This document shows positions 9,100 through 20,540 of a stretch of 64,000 bases of DNA, one piece after another; the first letter of the stretch is position 1, and each line of letters opens with the position of its first letter. The DNA is taken from the NCBI GenBank assembly GCA_963422385.1, contig OY729432.1:818467-882466 (forward strand), in the 5' to 3' direction. This DNA is from Candidatus Binatia bacterium. GTDB lineage: Bacteria; Desulfobacterota; Binatia; UBA9968; JAJDTQ01. A model generated the notes under the pieces. It was given only the letters and a program-made list of their open reading frames with translations. It was not told the DNA's origin and made no database searches. A program made the translations under genes and the position numbers.

Positions 9100-9313
9100 G
9101 AAGCTCCTCCCGAATGGCCCATGAGCGCATGCAGACCGCGCGCAAACAGGGCGTCCATGATATTTTTCCACGATTAGCCCAACCGTGTGGAGTAGTCAAA
9201 TTCCCGGCGCCACGGCGGCCGCTGGACGGGTCATTGACCCGGCTCGGTTTCGGGTCCTATACTGCCCGCCTGAATATCGAGCGGCCGGCCGTACCGGCGC
9301 CACGGAGGAAACC

Positions 9314-10243
9314 ATGTTGATCGATTGGCATTCACACCACACGGCGCCGGAGGTGGTGGACGCGTTTCGAAAGAAGGCCGGGAAGTCGCCGAAGGTCGAC
9401 GCTTACGATTCAGGCAACTTCGACAAGAGACTTGCCGAGCTGGACCAGGCGGGGATCGACTTCCAGCTCGTCTGTCAGGGAGCCAGCGAGGACGCGGACC
9501 AACTCGAGGCGGGGGACGCCATCGAGATGGCGCGCCTGTCCAACGACGTGCTGGCGGAGCGCATTGCCGGGCACACGGACCGGTTCGGAGGTATCACCGC
9601 CCTGTCGCTCAAGAACGTGAGGGAGTCGGTGGAGGAGATCCAGCGCATGGACTCCCGGGGTTTCAAGGCGGTGCTCATCTACCCGCGGGTGGACGGCGCG
9701 ATGAAGGTGGACCTGCCGGAGCTCGATCCCGTTTTCGCCAAGGTGGCCGAGCTGGACCTGCCCCTCTTCCTTCACGGCAGCGGAGGCGCCAAGGATCCGA
9801 CGCTCAAGCGGCTGGAGGACGGCGGCGCCGGGGTCGCCTACAGCGTGCTGTCGGATGCCAGCGTGAACGAGTGCGTCATGCGCATGATCGCGGGCGGTGT
9901 CTTCGACCGTCATCCCAACCTCAAGGTGGTGATACGCAGCGGTGGCGGCGGCCTCCCCCTCCTGGTCCAGAGGATGTCCTGGAAGCACAAGGGGTCCCGG
10001 GGCGAGAGGCGCTACTCCGACATCTTCCTGGAGCACTTCCTCATCGACACGGCCAGCGTCAAGCCCGGCGCGCTGCCCTTCCTCACCGACGTGATGGGGT
10101 CCGGGGGCATCGTCTTCGGCTCGGATTATTGCGGCGGATTGGGGCCCCTCAAAAGGGCGCTCACGGTCGTGGACGAGCAACGGAACGCGTCGGAGATCCG
10201 CTCCTGGACGGAGCGGAATTCCCGCGAGATGCTGCACCTGTAG
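9314..10243 (+). CDS. Amidohydrolase-2 family (PF04909) metal-dependent hydrolase
   Basis: MLIDWHSHH N-terminal metal-binding motif. TIM-barrel amidohydrolase features run to ...GSDYCGG. Confidence 0.75.
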   Translation: MLIDWHSHHTAPEVVDAFRKKAGKSPKVDAYDSGNFDKRLAELDQAGIDFQLVCQGASEDADQLEAGDAIEMARLSNDVLAERIAGHTDRFGGITALSLKNVRESVEEIQRMDSRGFKAVLIYPRVDGAMKVDLPELDPVFAKVAELDLPLFLHGSGGAKDPTLKRLEDGGAGVAYSVLSDASVNECVMRMIAGGVFDRHPNLKVVIRSGGGGLPLLVQRMSWKHKGSRGERRYSDIFLEHFLIDTASVKPGALPFLTDVMGSGGIVFGSDYCGGLGPLKRALTVVDEQRNASEIRSWTERNSREMLHL

Positions 10244-10270
10244 TCGGCCGCGTGGTCTGCCGGAACCGGG

Positions 10271-10310
10271 CGCGGGCGGGTTTGAAACGTTTGAAACCCG
10301 CCCCTACATC
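10271..10310. repeat. REP-like GC-rich palindrome with a duplicated loop
   Basis: GCGGGCGGGTTTGAAACGTTTGAAACCCGCCCCTACATCC lies between convergent gene ends. Confidence 0.5.
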
Positions 10311-10391
10311 CTTGGTCGTAGTGGCCTGCCAAGACAGGCGGGGGTGAAACCCGTCTCTGCGGCATGGGGAGGGGCGGGCATGGGCAAGGTG

Positions 10392-11303
10392 CTATCCACC
10401 CGGCTTCACCTGGGCGGCGAAAACCTCGAGGGTGCGCAGGAAGCTCGGGTGCGACAGGGTCGCCATGTCCAGGACGACGTGCTCCACGCCAGCTTCCCCG
10501 AACTCGGCGATGCGGTCCCGGATCAACGAAGGGGTCCCGTTGAACGGCGTGTTGCCGGCCCGGCCCGCGTAAGGCCCCACCGGCTCCGAGACGCCTTCGA
10601 TGAGCAGGTTTGCGCGTAGCGACATGCTCGGGACCCGGGCGACCTGCCGCCGTTCACACAACCTGGCCATGTAGGCTCTTCCGTCCTTCATCTGTTCGGC
10701 GGTAAGCCCGATGGGGTGCCACCCATCGCCCAGCTCTACGGCCCGCCGCATGGCGCGCTTGCTTCTGCCGCCGATCCAGATCGGCGGTCCCGGCTGCTGC
10801 ACCGGTCTCGGCGAGGCATGGACCTTGTCGAAGTTGAAGTACCTGCCGGTGAAGCCCGTCTGATCGTGGGTCCACATCTCACGGATGATGCGCAGGTATT
10901 CGTCGCTTACGTCACCGCGATCCTCGAAGCGCGCCCCCAGGGCGTTGAACTCCCCTTCCATGTACCCGGCCGCGGCCCCGAAGATGACTCGCCCGCCGGA
11001 GAGGACGTCGATGCTCGCAAGCATCTTGGCCATGACGATGGGATTGCGGTAGGCCAGAACGATGATGCTGCTGCCAAGCTGCGCCCGGTGCGAAACCGCG
11101 GCCAGGAAGCTGAACACGGTGAACGCCTCGAGCATATGCTCGCGATAGATCAACTGCGCTTCACGGACGCCCTCCGGGATCACGATGTGGTCGGTGACCC
11201 AGATGGAATCGAATCCCAACCGCTCGATCTCGGTCACCGCCTCGACCAGCTCGGCGCGCCCGGTCTCCCGGCCGTAGTGCGTAAGACAGACCCCGAATTT
11301 CAT
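10392..11303 (-). CDS. LLM-class (luciferase-like) F420/flavin-dependent oxidoreductase
   Basis: MKFGVCLTHYG...WVTDH...GGRVIFGAAAGY are the typical LLM motifs. Confidence 0.8.
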   Translation of the reverse strand: MKFGVCLTHYGRETGRAELVEAVTEIERLGFDSIWVTDHIVIPEGVREAQLIYREHMLEAFTVFSFLAAVSHRAQLGSSIIVLAYRNPIVMAKMLASIDVLSGGRVIFGAAAGYMEGEFNALGARFEDRGDVSDEYLRIIREMWTHDQTGFTGRYFNFDKVHASPRPVQQPGPPIWIGGRSKRAMRRAVELGDGWHPIGLTAEQMKDGRAYMARLCERRQVARVPSMSLRANLLIEGVSEPVGPYAGRAGNTPFNGTPSLIRDRIAEFGEAGVEHVVLDMATLSHPSFLRTLEVFAAQVKPGG

Positions 11304-11342
11304 GGATTCCCCCGAAAGGTGGCTGTAGCGGCCGACGGTGCG

Positions 11343-11363
11343 GTGCGGGCGGGTTTGAAAGCC
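11343..11363. repeat. REP-like half-site
   Basis: GTGCGGGCGGGTTTGAAAGCC lies immediately 3' of gloA. Confidence 0.3.
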
Positions 11364-11367
11364 TCCT

Positions 11368-11754
11368 CTACTGTTTCCGCGTGGTCAGCTCGATCTTGTA
11401 GCCGTTGGGATCCTCGATGAAGGCGATGACCCCGCCGCCGTGCTTCATGGGACCCGCATCGCGAGTGATCTTGACTCCCTTCTTCCGCAGGTCGTCACAG
11501 GTGGCGTACACGTCGGGCACTCCGATGGCGATATGGCCGAAACCGTCGCCCACGTCGTACTCGTGGGTGTCCCAGTTGTAGGTCAGCTCGATGACGGCGT
11601 TGTCGTCCTCGGAGCCGTAACCCACGAAACAGTTGGTGAAGCGGCCGGACTCATAGTCCTTCTTCTTCAAGACATCCATCCCCAATCCGTCGCAATAGAA
11701 GTTGAGGCTTTCATCCAGGTGCTTGACCCGAATCATGGTGTGAACGATTCTCAT
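11368..11754 (-). CDS. gloA: Lactoylglutathione lyase (glyoxalase I)
   Basis: MRIVHTMIRVKHLDESLNFY...GHIAIGVPDVYATCDDLRKKG...IAFIEDPNGYKIEL. Confidence 0.85.
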   Translation of the reverse strand: MRIVHTMIRVKHLDESLNFYCDGLGMDVLKKKDYESGRFTNCFVGYGSEDDNAVIELTYNWDTHEYDVGDGFGHIAIGVPDVYATCDDLRKKGVKITRDAGPMKHGGGVIAFIEDPNGYKIELTTRKQ

Positions 11755-11767
11755 GAGATTCTCCTTC

Positions 11768-12388
11768 TCAGGCTTGCTCGCAAATTTGTGAGGGATCGGC
11801 CACCGCCTCCCGAATCTCCCAGCCCTTTGACCGCGTGAAGCTCACGTGGCTGAATTCACAGGGTTTCAGATGAAAGGCGCGATACTCGTTCAGCGGCGTC
11901 CGGCTGATGCGGCACAGTACGGAAAGGATGGGAAAACTGTGGCTGACCACGACGATGGTGTCCCCGTCGTCGTGACTCTCGACGATGCGGTTGAGCGCGG
12001 ACCGGACCCGGCGGTCCACGTCGAGCAACCGCTCTCCGCCCGGCAGGTCCACGGCCACGGGTTGCGAGCGCCACCGTTCGATCAATCCTCCGAACCTCTC
12101 ACGGACCTCGACGAACGTGAGGCCTTCCATCTCGCCATGGTCGAGCTCGCGCAGGTCGGGCTCGATCTTCACGGCGACGTCATGGGGTCCGCCGACAATC
12201 TCGGCGGTTTGCCGGGCTCGCTGGAGGTCGCTGGAATAGATCGCATCGATACGGCAGCGGCTCAGGTGCTCGGCGACCTCGTTGGCTTGCCGGTGGCCGA
12301 GCTCGTTGAGCTCGATGTCCGAGCTCCCTTGGCACCGGCCTTCCCGGTTCCAGCGGGTCTCGCCGTGACGCAACAGAAAAATCTGCAT
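11768..12388 (-). CDS. Histidine phosphatase family protein (phosphoglycerate-mutase-like)
   Basis: The RHGE catalytic motif is present (LLRHGETRWN). Confidence 0.8.
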   Translation of the reverse strand: MQIFLLRHGETRWNREGRCQGSSDIELNELGHRQANEVAEHLSRCRIDAIYSSDLQRARQTAEIVGGPHDVAVKIEPDLRELDHGEMEGLTFVEVRERFGGLIERWRSQPVAVDLPGGERLLDVDRRVRSALNRIVESHDDGDTIVVVSHSFPILSVLCRISRTPLNEYRAFHLKPCEFSHVSFTRSKGWEIREAVADPSQICEQA

Positions 12389-12403
12389 GGGAAGGGTGGC
12401 GCG

Positions 12404-14305
12404 TCAGATGAATTCCGGATGGATCTCTATCACGGCATTGGCCTTCAGGTTCTCGATCAACCTTCTCAACGCTCGCTGCCGCTTCTCTTCCCGTATCTGC
12501 TGCGTCAGGTCCTTCTTCTCCTTGGCCAGGCCGGCCGGATCGGCCTCTATGGTCTTCCTCAGCACCATGACGTAAACCGTGTCGTCCTGGAGGTAGGCGG
12601 TCTCCACCACCGGTTTCTCCTTCGTCACCGTGAGTCGTCCCAGTGGCAGCGGGAGAATCCCGATCTCGGGGATCTCGGCCTGCCCGCGCGGAAACAATCC
12701 GGTGTCTCCCACGTCGAGCCCATCGGACGCCGCCACCCTGGCCAGATCCGGCGTTTCCCTGAGCTCCGCAAGAAGTTCTTCGCCCTTCTTGCGGGCCATC
12801 TCTCGCGCCTTCCTTCGGGTGAGGGTCTCGGTGATCCCGTCCTTCACGTCCTCCAGGGGCGGGACCACGGGTTCCATCCGCTCGGCGCCCTCCATCAGGT
12901 ACAGCGCGTCGGGTGCCGAGACGATGGGCCCTACCTGACTCGGCTTGAGGGACAGGGCCACGCGGTAAAAGTCCTCCACGTCGCCGATCTCGTCCAGCGT
13001 ATCACCCGCGCTGAACAGTCTCGTTTCCGACAACGCGATCCCCCGTTTCGGGGCGACCTCGGCCAGCCGCGAACCGTCAAGCGCCCTTTCGCGGTCTTCC
13101 TCCGCCGCCCGCGCCGCCTTGGCCGCGCCGCGTTCACGCTTGAGCGCCTCGACGATCTCCTCCCTCACCTCATCGAGCTCCACGACCCCTTCCTCCTGTT
13201 TCTCCACCGCCTTCAACAGGTGCAGCCCGAGCGCGCTTTCGACGATCTCGCTCACCTCGCCTTGCTTCAGGACGAAAAGCGCCTCATCCAGCGCCGCCAC
13301 AAGCTGACCCCGGCCCACAAAGCCCATGTCGCCACCCTGCGCGGCGCTCTCGTCCCTGGAGTGCCGCTTGGCCAACTCGGCGAAGTCGGCGCCCTCACGG
13401 GCCTGCTTCAGAACGTCTTCCAATTGCTTGCGCGCCGCCGACTTGTCTTCCGGCGTCGTACCTTCGGCCGGCGCCGGGATGAAGATCTGGCTGAACTTCA
13501 CCGCATCCCGCCTGCGGAACCGGCGGTCACGGTAGACGTCGTAGTAGGCCCGCACTTCCTGGTCGGAGACCTCGATATCGGCCGCGAAGTCTTCCACGCG
13601 ATACGCCAGGTACCGTGCCTTGACCTTGAGCGGTTCCCGCAACAGCGCGCCGTTGCCGTCGTAGTAGGCCCTGATCTCCTCGTCCTCGACCTCGATGTCC
13701 TGGAAAAAATCCTCGGTCTTGAGACGGACGAAATTCAGCGCGATCTCCTGATTGTCCACCTGATAACGTTGCTCGACCTCGTCGGCCGTGACCGGGATGG
13801 AGTCCTGGATCAGATCCTGGAGTTTCCGGATCACCAGGGCCTCGCGCTGCCGGGCCTCGAACTCTCCCGGAGTCAGCCCCTGTCCGCGAAGCGCCTGCTC
13901 GTAGACATTCTTGTTGAACCGGCCCGCGGCCTGGAACGCCGGGTTGCGCGCGATTCCCCGCACCAACTCCTCATCGGTGACCTGAAGCCCCAGATCCTGA
14001 GCCGCCTGCAACAACAACCGTTGCTGGATCAGCTCCTCCAGCAACTGGCCCCTGAGATTGAGCGCCTCGATGTCGGCGGGAGAGAGCCGTCCTCCGGCCA
14101 GTTGCCGGTAGGTCTGCAGCATCCTGTAGTAATGGCCCTCGAGCTCGGTGTAGGTGATCTTGTCCCCGTTCACCTCCGCGATGGTGACCACCTGCTCCTG
14201 TCCTCCCTGGGGACCCACGCCGACCATGACGAACGCCAACACGCCGACCCCAAGCAAGAGCAGCACCAACCACGACCGTTTTCTCTTTCGTAGCGCGTCA
14301 AGCAT
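12404..14305 (-). CDS. ppiD: Periplasmic chaperone / peptidyl-prolyl isomerase (PpiD/SurA-like)
   Basis: N-terminal TM anchor, then SurA_N-like and parvulin PPIase domains (...DFAELAKRHSRDESAAQGGDMGFVGRGQLV...). Start taken at MLDALRKRK. Confidence 0.75.
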   Translation of the reverse strand: MLDALRKRKRSWLVLLLLGVGVLAFVMVGVGPQGGQEQVVTIAEVNGDKITYTELEGHYYRMLQTYRQLAGGRLSPADIEALNLRGQLLEELIQQRLLLQAAQDLGLQVTDEELVRGIARNPAFQAAGRFNKNVYEQALRGQGLTPGEFEARQREALVIRKLQDLIQDSIPVTADEVEQRYQVDNQEIALNFVRLKTEDFFQDIEVEDEEIRAYYDGNGALLREPLKVKARYLAYRVEDFAADIEVSDQEVRAYYDVYRDRRFRRRDAVKFSQIFIPAPAEGTTPEDKSAARKQLEDVLKQAREGADFAELAKRHSRDESAAQGGDMGFVGRGQLVAALDEALFVLKQGEVSEIVESALGLHLLKAVEKQEEGVVELDEVREEIVEALKRERGAAKAARAAEEDRERALDGSRLAEVAPKRGIALSETRLFSAGDTLDEIGDVEDFYRVALSLKPSQVGPIVSAPDALYLMEGAERMEPVVPPLEDVKDGITETLTRRKAREMARKKGEELLAELRETPDLARVAASDGLDVGDTGLFPRGQAEIPEIGILPLPLGRLTVTKEKPVVETAYLQDDTVYVMVLRKTIEADPAGLAKEKKDLTQQIREEKRQRALRRLIENLKANAVIEIHPEFI

Positions 14306-14496
14306 ATTCGAAACTCTCCTCGGAGCGCGACAACCTGTTTGGCAAACTCGTTCGCGATCCGCCCGGCACGCGGCAGAGATACGAACCAAAGCTCATTATA
14401 GGTAGCCCTGGTGATGAAATGAAGGGCAGCAGCGGCGCCGCGGCAGCCAACGCTTCTTTACCCTTCTCGTTTGTTGTACCACGGATTGACTTCTGA

Positions 14497-15585
<1,089 letters not shown>

Positions 15586-15602
15586 AAGGACAGAGGCTGA
15601 AC

Positions 15603-16586
15603 TTGCCCGCAGCCAGGACAGGGAGAACTGCGGACTCGCCCCGGTCAACGCAGCATCCATCCAGAAACCGCCAGCCGGACACCCGCTCGAGCAGAACCGG
15701 GTTTCTGGCCATCACGACACTTCGCCGGTATCGGATACCGATCCACTGCCTGTGCGCTCTGGCCTTGGCGTTCTACGTCGTAACCGTCTCATCCACCGTC
15801 CCTGACAAGGGAGACCCGGTTACCAGGTTCCTGTCGCAATCCGTGAGACCGCTGCAGATGTCACTCCACGCCCTGGGCGCGGCGATGCGAAACCTGCAAC
15901 TCAACTACGTGGCCTTCAAGGACATCTGGAACGAGAACCAGGCCCTGAAGGAACGGGTCGCCGCCCTGGAGGCCGAACGCAACCGGCTCTTCGAAGCCAA
16001 GCTCGCCAATGATCGCCTGACCGAGCTGCTGGAGATCCGAACGCGGATATTGAGGGAATCCGTGGCGGCCACGGTGATCAGCAACAGCGCCAGCAGTTGG
16101 TTTCGCACCATAACGGTAGGCAAGGGCAAGCGTGCGGGCATCCATCAGGGCATGGCGGTCATCACCCCGAAGGGCGTCGTCGGCAGGGTCGTGTCCGTGG
16201 AAGACGACACCGCCAAGGTGATGCTGTTGACGGACTACAAGAGCGGGCTTGATATCATCACGCAACGGACTCGGGTGCGCGGCATCGTCTCCGGATCGGT
16301 GGACGGAGAGCCCATCGTCAAGTACATGGGCCATAACGAGGACGTCCGTCCCGGCGACAGACTCATCACCTCGGGGCTGGATGGGACGTTTCCCAAGGGA
16401 CTTCTGGTTGGCACCATCGTCAACATCACGGATGACGGTCCCGGGCTTTTCCGGCGGGTTCGCGTCGCGCTGGCGGTGGATCCGTTGGTGATGGAAGAGG
16501 TGCTTTTCATCTCCGACAAACCCAGACCGGCGGTTTCCTCCGCATCGAGGGAGGACGGGGAGAAAACGCTCCCGGTTATGCCATGA
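15603..16586 (+). CDS. mreC: Rod shape-determining protein MreC (start uncertain)
   Basis: Coiled-coil followed by the MreC beta-domain (VISNSASSWFRTITVGKGKRAGIHQGMAVITPKGVVGRVVSVEDDTAKVMLLTD). Lies directly downstream of mreB. Confidence 0.8.
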   Translation: MPAARTGRTADSPRSTQHPSRNRQPDTRSSRTGFLAITTLRRYRIPIHCLCALALAFYVVTVSSTVPDKGDPVTRFLSQSVRPLQMSLHALGAAMRNLQLNYVAFKDIWNENQALKERVAALEAERNRLFEAKLANDRLTELLEIRTRILRESVAATVISNSASSWFRTITVGKGKRAGIHQGMAVITPKGVVGRVVSVEDDTAKVMLLTDYKSGLDIITQRTRVRGIVSGSVDGEPIVKYMGHNEDVRPGDRLITSGLDGTFPKGLLVGTIVNITDDGPGLFRRVRVALAVDPLVMEEVLFISDKPRPAVSSASREDGEKTLPVMP

Positions 16587-17107
16587 ACGTCTCCCTGAGC
16601 TTCTTCGGCATCGGCCTGGTCTTCGTTGTCCTGCAGTCCACGCTCCTGCACCTCGCAAGCTGGACGCCCATCACCCCCGACCTGACCCTGATCCTCTGCG
16701 TCTATTGGGCACTCAACCGCCCACGAGTAGAGGCCGTTTGGGCGACGTTTCTGCTGGGATACGCCATCGACATCCTGTCGAGTCCTCAACCGGGCTTGAA
16801 CGCCTTGGCCTTCTCCGCCGTCTTTCTGGTAGTATACGTCGTCTTTCGCTACGTCTGGGCCAACGGCCCCCTGGTCAGCGCCGTGACCGTATTCGTGGCC
16901 GTATGGCTGAAAGTCGGCACGCTGATCGTCATTTTCCCGCTGTTCGAGCTGTCCGCGGGCAGTTGGGTCGTCGTTGCCGACGCCATCTTGCGGGAAGCCC
17001 TCTTCTCTGCCTGTATCGCACCCTTGCTGTTCCCCATGCTTCGCTACATCCAGACCCGCATGGAGACCGTGAAAAAATCGTCCTTCCTCGCCAATGCTTC
17101 CTCTTAG
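16583..17107 (+). CDS. mreD: Rod shape-determining protein MreD
   Basis: Polytopic membrane protein of 174 aa. The start overlaps the mreC stop. Confidence 0.75.
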   Translation: MNVSLSFFGIGLVFVVLQSTLLHLASWTPITPDLTLILCVYWALNRPRVEAVWATFLLGYAIDILSSPQPGLNALAFSAVFLVVYVVFRYVWANGPLVSAVTVFVAVWLKVGTLIVIFPLFELSAGSWVVVADAILREALFSACIAPLLFPMLRYIQTRMETVKKSSFLANASS

Positions 17108-18977
17108 TTCCACCTCCCGTGCTCTGACGGAGTTCCGCGGGCGAATACGTATCTTCGGGCTGTTGATCCTTTTGGTTTTCGCCTTTCTGACGTACCGCCT
17201 GTGGACTCTCCAGATCCTGCAAGGCAAGCGTTACACCGTGATGTCCGAACACAACCGGATCCGGCTGGAACCCGTCCCCGCCGTCCGCGGCATGGTGTTC
17301 GACCGGAAACACCGGCTGCTGATCAACAGCCGCCCCTCCTTTGACGTGCGGTATCTGGCCAACGATTCGCAAGACCGGGAAACCACCCTGCGGCGCCTTG
17401 CGGACATGGTCGAGGGCGACGGGGCACGATTCCTCGAAGCAGTTAACCACAGCAAGGGATCGAGAGAATTCACGCTCATCCGCGACGTGGATTGGCCGTC
17501 CGTGGTGGCCGTGGAGACCCATCGACTGGATCTCCCGGGAGTGTACGTCAGCGTCAGAGCCCGGCGCAGATATCTGACCGACGAAATGACGGCCCACGTG
17601 CTCGGCTACCTGGGGGAGATCAACACCGAGCAATTGCGGCAGCTTCGCAGAAGGGGCTACCGGCGCGGAGACGAGATCGGACAGACCGGCCTCGAGAAGG
17701 GATGGGAGCTGCATCTGGCCGGCCGTAGCGGAGGCGAAAAGGTGGAGGTTGACGCGACCGGCCGCAAGGTGCGTGTGATCGATCGGCTCAAGGCGACCCC
17801 TGGACACAACGTGGTGTTGACCCTCGACGTGGACATTCAGCAAGTAGCGTACCATGCGTTGAAGGACAAGGAAGGCGCCATCGTCGTCCTCGACGTGAAT
17901 ACCGGCGCCGTCCTTGCCCTGGTGAGCACTCCCGCGTTCGACCCCAACTCGTTCGCGCGGGGCATGACGCCCGAGGAGTGGCGTCAACTGGCGGCCGACG
18001 ACGGAACACCGCTGCACAACAGGACGTTGCAGGGGCACTTCCCGCCGGGTTCGACGTTCAAGATCGTCACCGCCTTGGCCGCATTGCAGGAAGGCGTCAT
18101 CTCTCCTGATCAACATCTGTTCTGCGACGGCTCGTACAAGGTGGGCAATCGCGTTCTCCGGGATTGGAAGAAGTATGGACACGGCCGTATCGCCATGCAC
18201 CAGGCCTTGGTGCAGTCGTGCGACGTCTACTTCTACCAGTTGGCCCAGCGGCTCGGTGTCGAGAAGATTGCCAAGCACGCGCGGCGTTTCGGATTCGGCG
18301 CACCCACGGGCATCGAGCTCGACGGCGAAAGCGGCGGGTTGGTTCCCGACCGGGCGTGGAAGCGGCGCCGTTTGGGGGTCCGCTGGTATCCCGGCGAAAC
18401 TCCCCTCGTGGCCATCGGGCAGGGGTACCTCGGCGTGACGCCGCTGCAGATGGCAAGTATGGTCGCCACCGTGGCCAACGGGGGGACGGTGTATCGCCCC
18501 TGGTTCGTGAAGCAGGTTCTTTCGTCTGAAGGCGAGGTCATGGAAGAATATGGCCCGGTCCGTACCGGCACCGTGAACCTGCAAGAAGAGAACCTGAACA
18601 TCGTACGTAAGGCGCTTTTCGACGTGGTCCACGGAAGGAGAGGTACGGGCAAGCGGGCGCGATCGGGTATCGTCGACATTGCCGGAAAGACCGGCACCGC
18701 CCAGGTGGCCGAGATGCGTGGGGAAGCCGTCAAGAGCGAAGACCTGCCGTACGCGGTCAGGGATCACGCGTGGTTCGTGGCCTACGCTCCGGCTCGGAAT
18801 CCCGAGATCGCCGTTGCCACCCTCGTGGAGCACGGCGGACATGGCGGCGCCACGGCTGCGCCCATCACCAAGGAGATCATCGAAGCCTATTTTCGCCTTG
18901 AAGACGATGAGGCGGAAGACCCTGAAGGGACACACGGTCCGCTGGCGGTCTCGACCGGCGACAGGCCCCAAGGGTAG
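17094..18977 (+). CDS. mrdA: Penicillin-binding protein 2 (transpeptidase)
   Basis: PBP dimerisation and transpeptidase domains. SxxK (GSTFK) and KTGT motifs are present. Confidence 0.9.
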   Translation: MLPLSSTSRALTEFRGRIRIFGLLILLVFAFLTYRLWTLQILQGKRYTVMSEHNRIRLEPVPAVRGMVFDRKHRLLINSRPSFDVRYLANDSQDRETTLRRLADMVEGDGARFLEAVNHSKGSREFTLIRDVDWPSVVAVETHRLDLPGVYVSVRARRRYLTDEMTAHVLGYLGEINTEQLRQLRRRGYRRGDEIGQTGLEKGWELHLAGRSGGEKVEVDATGRKVRVIDRLKATPGHNVVLTLDVDIQQVAYHALKDKEGAIVVLDVNTGAVLALVSTPAFDPNSFARGMTPEEWRQLAADDGTPLHNRTLQGHFPPGSTFKIVTALAALQEGVISPDQHLFCDGSYKVGNRVLRDWKKYGHGRIAMHQALVQSCDVYFYQLAQRLGVEKIAKHARRFGFGAPTGIELDGESGGLVPDRAWKRRRLGVRWYPGETPLVAIGQGYLGVTPLQMASMVATVANGGTVYRPWFVKQVLSSEGEVMEEYGPVRTGTVNLQEENLNIVRKALFDVVHGRRGTGKRARSGIVDIAGKTGTAQVAEMRGEAVKSEDLPYAVRDHAWFVAYAPARNPEIAVATLVEHGGHGGATAAPITKEIIEAYFRLEDDEAEDPEGTHGPLAVSTGDRPQG

Positions 18978-18980
18978 ATC

Positions 18981-20081
18981 ATGCAAATCGACCGCCGGCT
19001 CCTGTCCAGCTTCGACTGGCCTCTGTTCGTCCTGTCCATCGGGCTGGCCTTGCTGGGTATCATGACCATCTATAGCGCCACGTGCAACGTCGACGAGGAG
19101 TGCTCGCGCTATTTGGCCACCAGGCAATCCTACTGGCTCGTCATCGGCTTGGTGCTGATGATCGCGACCTTTTCCGTGGATTATCAGCGCTTGAACCCTT
19201 GGGCATACCCCATCTACGCCGCGGTGGTCATTCTCCTCGCCCTGGTGCTGTTCATCGGCATCACCAGTGGAGGCTCCCAGCGATGGCTGGACCTGAGATT
19301 CTTCTCGTTCCAGCCCTCGGAGCTCGCCAAGCTCGTGCTCGTGCTCGTGCTGGCCAAGACGCTGTGCTACTACGAGCCCGGATATTCCCTCACGGCTCTA
19401 GGGGTGCCTCTGATGCTGTGTGCACCTGTGCTGGCGCTGGTGCTGCTGCAGCCGGACCTGGGGACGGCCGTGCTGATCTTTCTCGTCGCCATGGTGGTCG
19501 TGGTCATGTCCGGACTGCGCTTGCGGTCCCTGCTCTACTTCACGCTTGCCGCGGTTGCCGCCCTGCCGGCGGGTTGGCAGTTTCTGAAGCCGTATCAGAA
19601 AACCCGCATCTGGACCTTCATGAATCCGGAGTCGGACCCTCTCGGCGCCGGCTATCACGTCGTCCAGTCCAAGATCGCCATCGGCTCGGGGCGTCTTTGG
19701 GGAAAAGGATATCTTCAGGGCAGCCAGAACCGGCTGGAGTTTCTCCCGGAGCAGCATACGGATTTCATCTTCTCCGTATTTGCCGAAGAATGGGGGTTCT
19801 CGGGCTGCGTGCTGTTGCTGGCGGGGTATGTGTTGCTGATCCTGCTCGCGCTCCGGGCGGTGCGACGGGCTCAGGACCGTTTCGGAGCGCTATTGGCCGC
19901 GGGAATGACCGCCATCCTGTTCTGGCAGTTCACCATCAACATCGGCATGGTGACCGGCCTCCTGCCCGTGGTGGGGATTCCATTGCCGCTCATCAGCTAT
20001 GGCGGATCGTCCCTGGTTACGACCCTGGTGGCGGTGGGCCTGCTGATCAGCATCAGCATGAGGCGCAACACGCGGCCGTAG
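18981..20081 (+). CDS. rodA: Rod shape-determining protein RodA (SEDS family)
   Basis: FtsW/RodA/SpoVE polytopic fold, with ...PESDPLGAGYHVVQSKIAIGSG... Confidence 0.9.
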   Translation: MQIDRRLLSSFDWPLFVLSIGLALLGIMTIYSATCNVDEECSRYLATRQSYWLVIGLVLMIATFSVDYQRLNPWAYPIYAAVVILLALVLFIGITSGGSQRWLDLRFFSFQPSELAKLVLVLVLAKTLCYYEPGYSLTALGVPLMLCAPVLALVLLQPDLGTAVLIFLVAMVVVVMSGLRLRSLLYFTLAAVAALPAGWQFLKPYQKTRIWTFMNPESDPLGAGYHVVQSKIAIGSGRLWGKGYLQGSQNRLEFLPEQHTDFIFSVFAEEWGFSGCVLLLAGYVLLILLALRAVRRAQDRFGALLAAGMTAILFWQFTINIGMVTGLLPVVGIPLPLISYGGSSLVTTLVAVGLLISISMRRNTRP

Positions 20082-20111
20082 CGGCGGGTTTCAAACCCGC
20101 CCGTGCCCGCA
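20082..20111. repeat. REP-like GC-rich palindrome
   Basis: GCGGCGGGTTTCAAACCCGCCCGTGCCCGC lies between the convergent rodA and trxA genes. Confidence 0.5.
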
Positions 20112-20129
20112 CATCGCGCCGTGGGACAT

Positions 20130-20453
20130 TCAACCCAGGGCCTTGTCGATCTCGCTCACCAATCTGGCTTTGGAAGCCGCGCCCACGATCTGGCCCGAGA
20201 GGCCGCCTTCCTTGAAGATCATCAGGTTCGGAATCCCCTGTATGCCATAGCGGCTGGGTGTTTCCGGGTTTTCGTCGACGTTGATCTTCACCACCTTGAG
20301 CTTGCCGTCATACTCCCGCGCAAGCTCTTCCAGCACCGGCGCGATGGATTTGCACGGGCCGCACCAGGGAGCCCAGAAATCCACCAACACGGGCATGGAC
20401 GCGCGAATGACCTCTGCTTCGAACTCGTTGTCCGCTACATGGGATATGTCCAT
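20130..20453 (-). CDS. trxA: Thioredoxin
   Basis: The WAPWCGPCK active site is present. About 107 aa. Confidence 0.9.
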   Translation of the reverse strand: MDISHVADNEFEAEVIRASMPVLVDFWAPWCGPCKSIAPVLEELAREYDGKLKVVKINVDENPETPSRYGIQGIPNLMIFKEGGLSGQIVGAASKARLVSEIDKALG

Positions 20454-20509
20454 AGGACGTGCCTCCCTTTCCAAGCGCCCTCGACGAGGGCAGGATGCCC
20501 TCGCACCCT

Positions 20510-20540
20510 GGTAGGGGCGGGTTTGAAACCCGCCCCTACC
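20510..20540. repeat. REP-like GC-rich palindrome (full 12-bp stem)
   Basis: GGTAGGGGCGGGTTTGAAACCCGCCCCTACC sits 3' of pepA. Confidence 0.55.

Noticed and set aside
7228-9177. 649-aa ORF on the plus strand, plus similar very long ORFs at 11846..14293, 16929..19127, 20435..21709, 32386..33729, 34252..35538, 38638..40086, 40316..41467, 46964..48976 and 52443..53873
   Set aside because: - All lie antisense to, or out of frame with, genes that have clear homology.
- Their translations are Arg/Gly/Pro/Ala-rich low-complexity sequence with no motifs.
- They are typical shadow ORFs of a high-GC genome.
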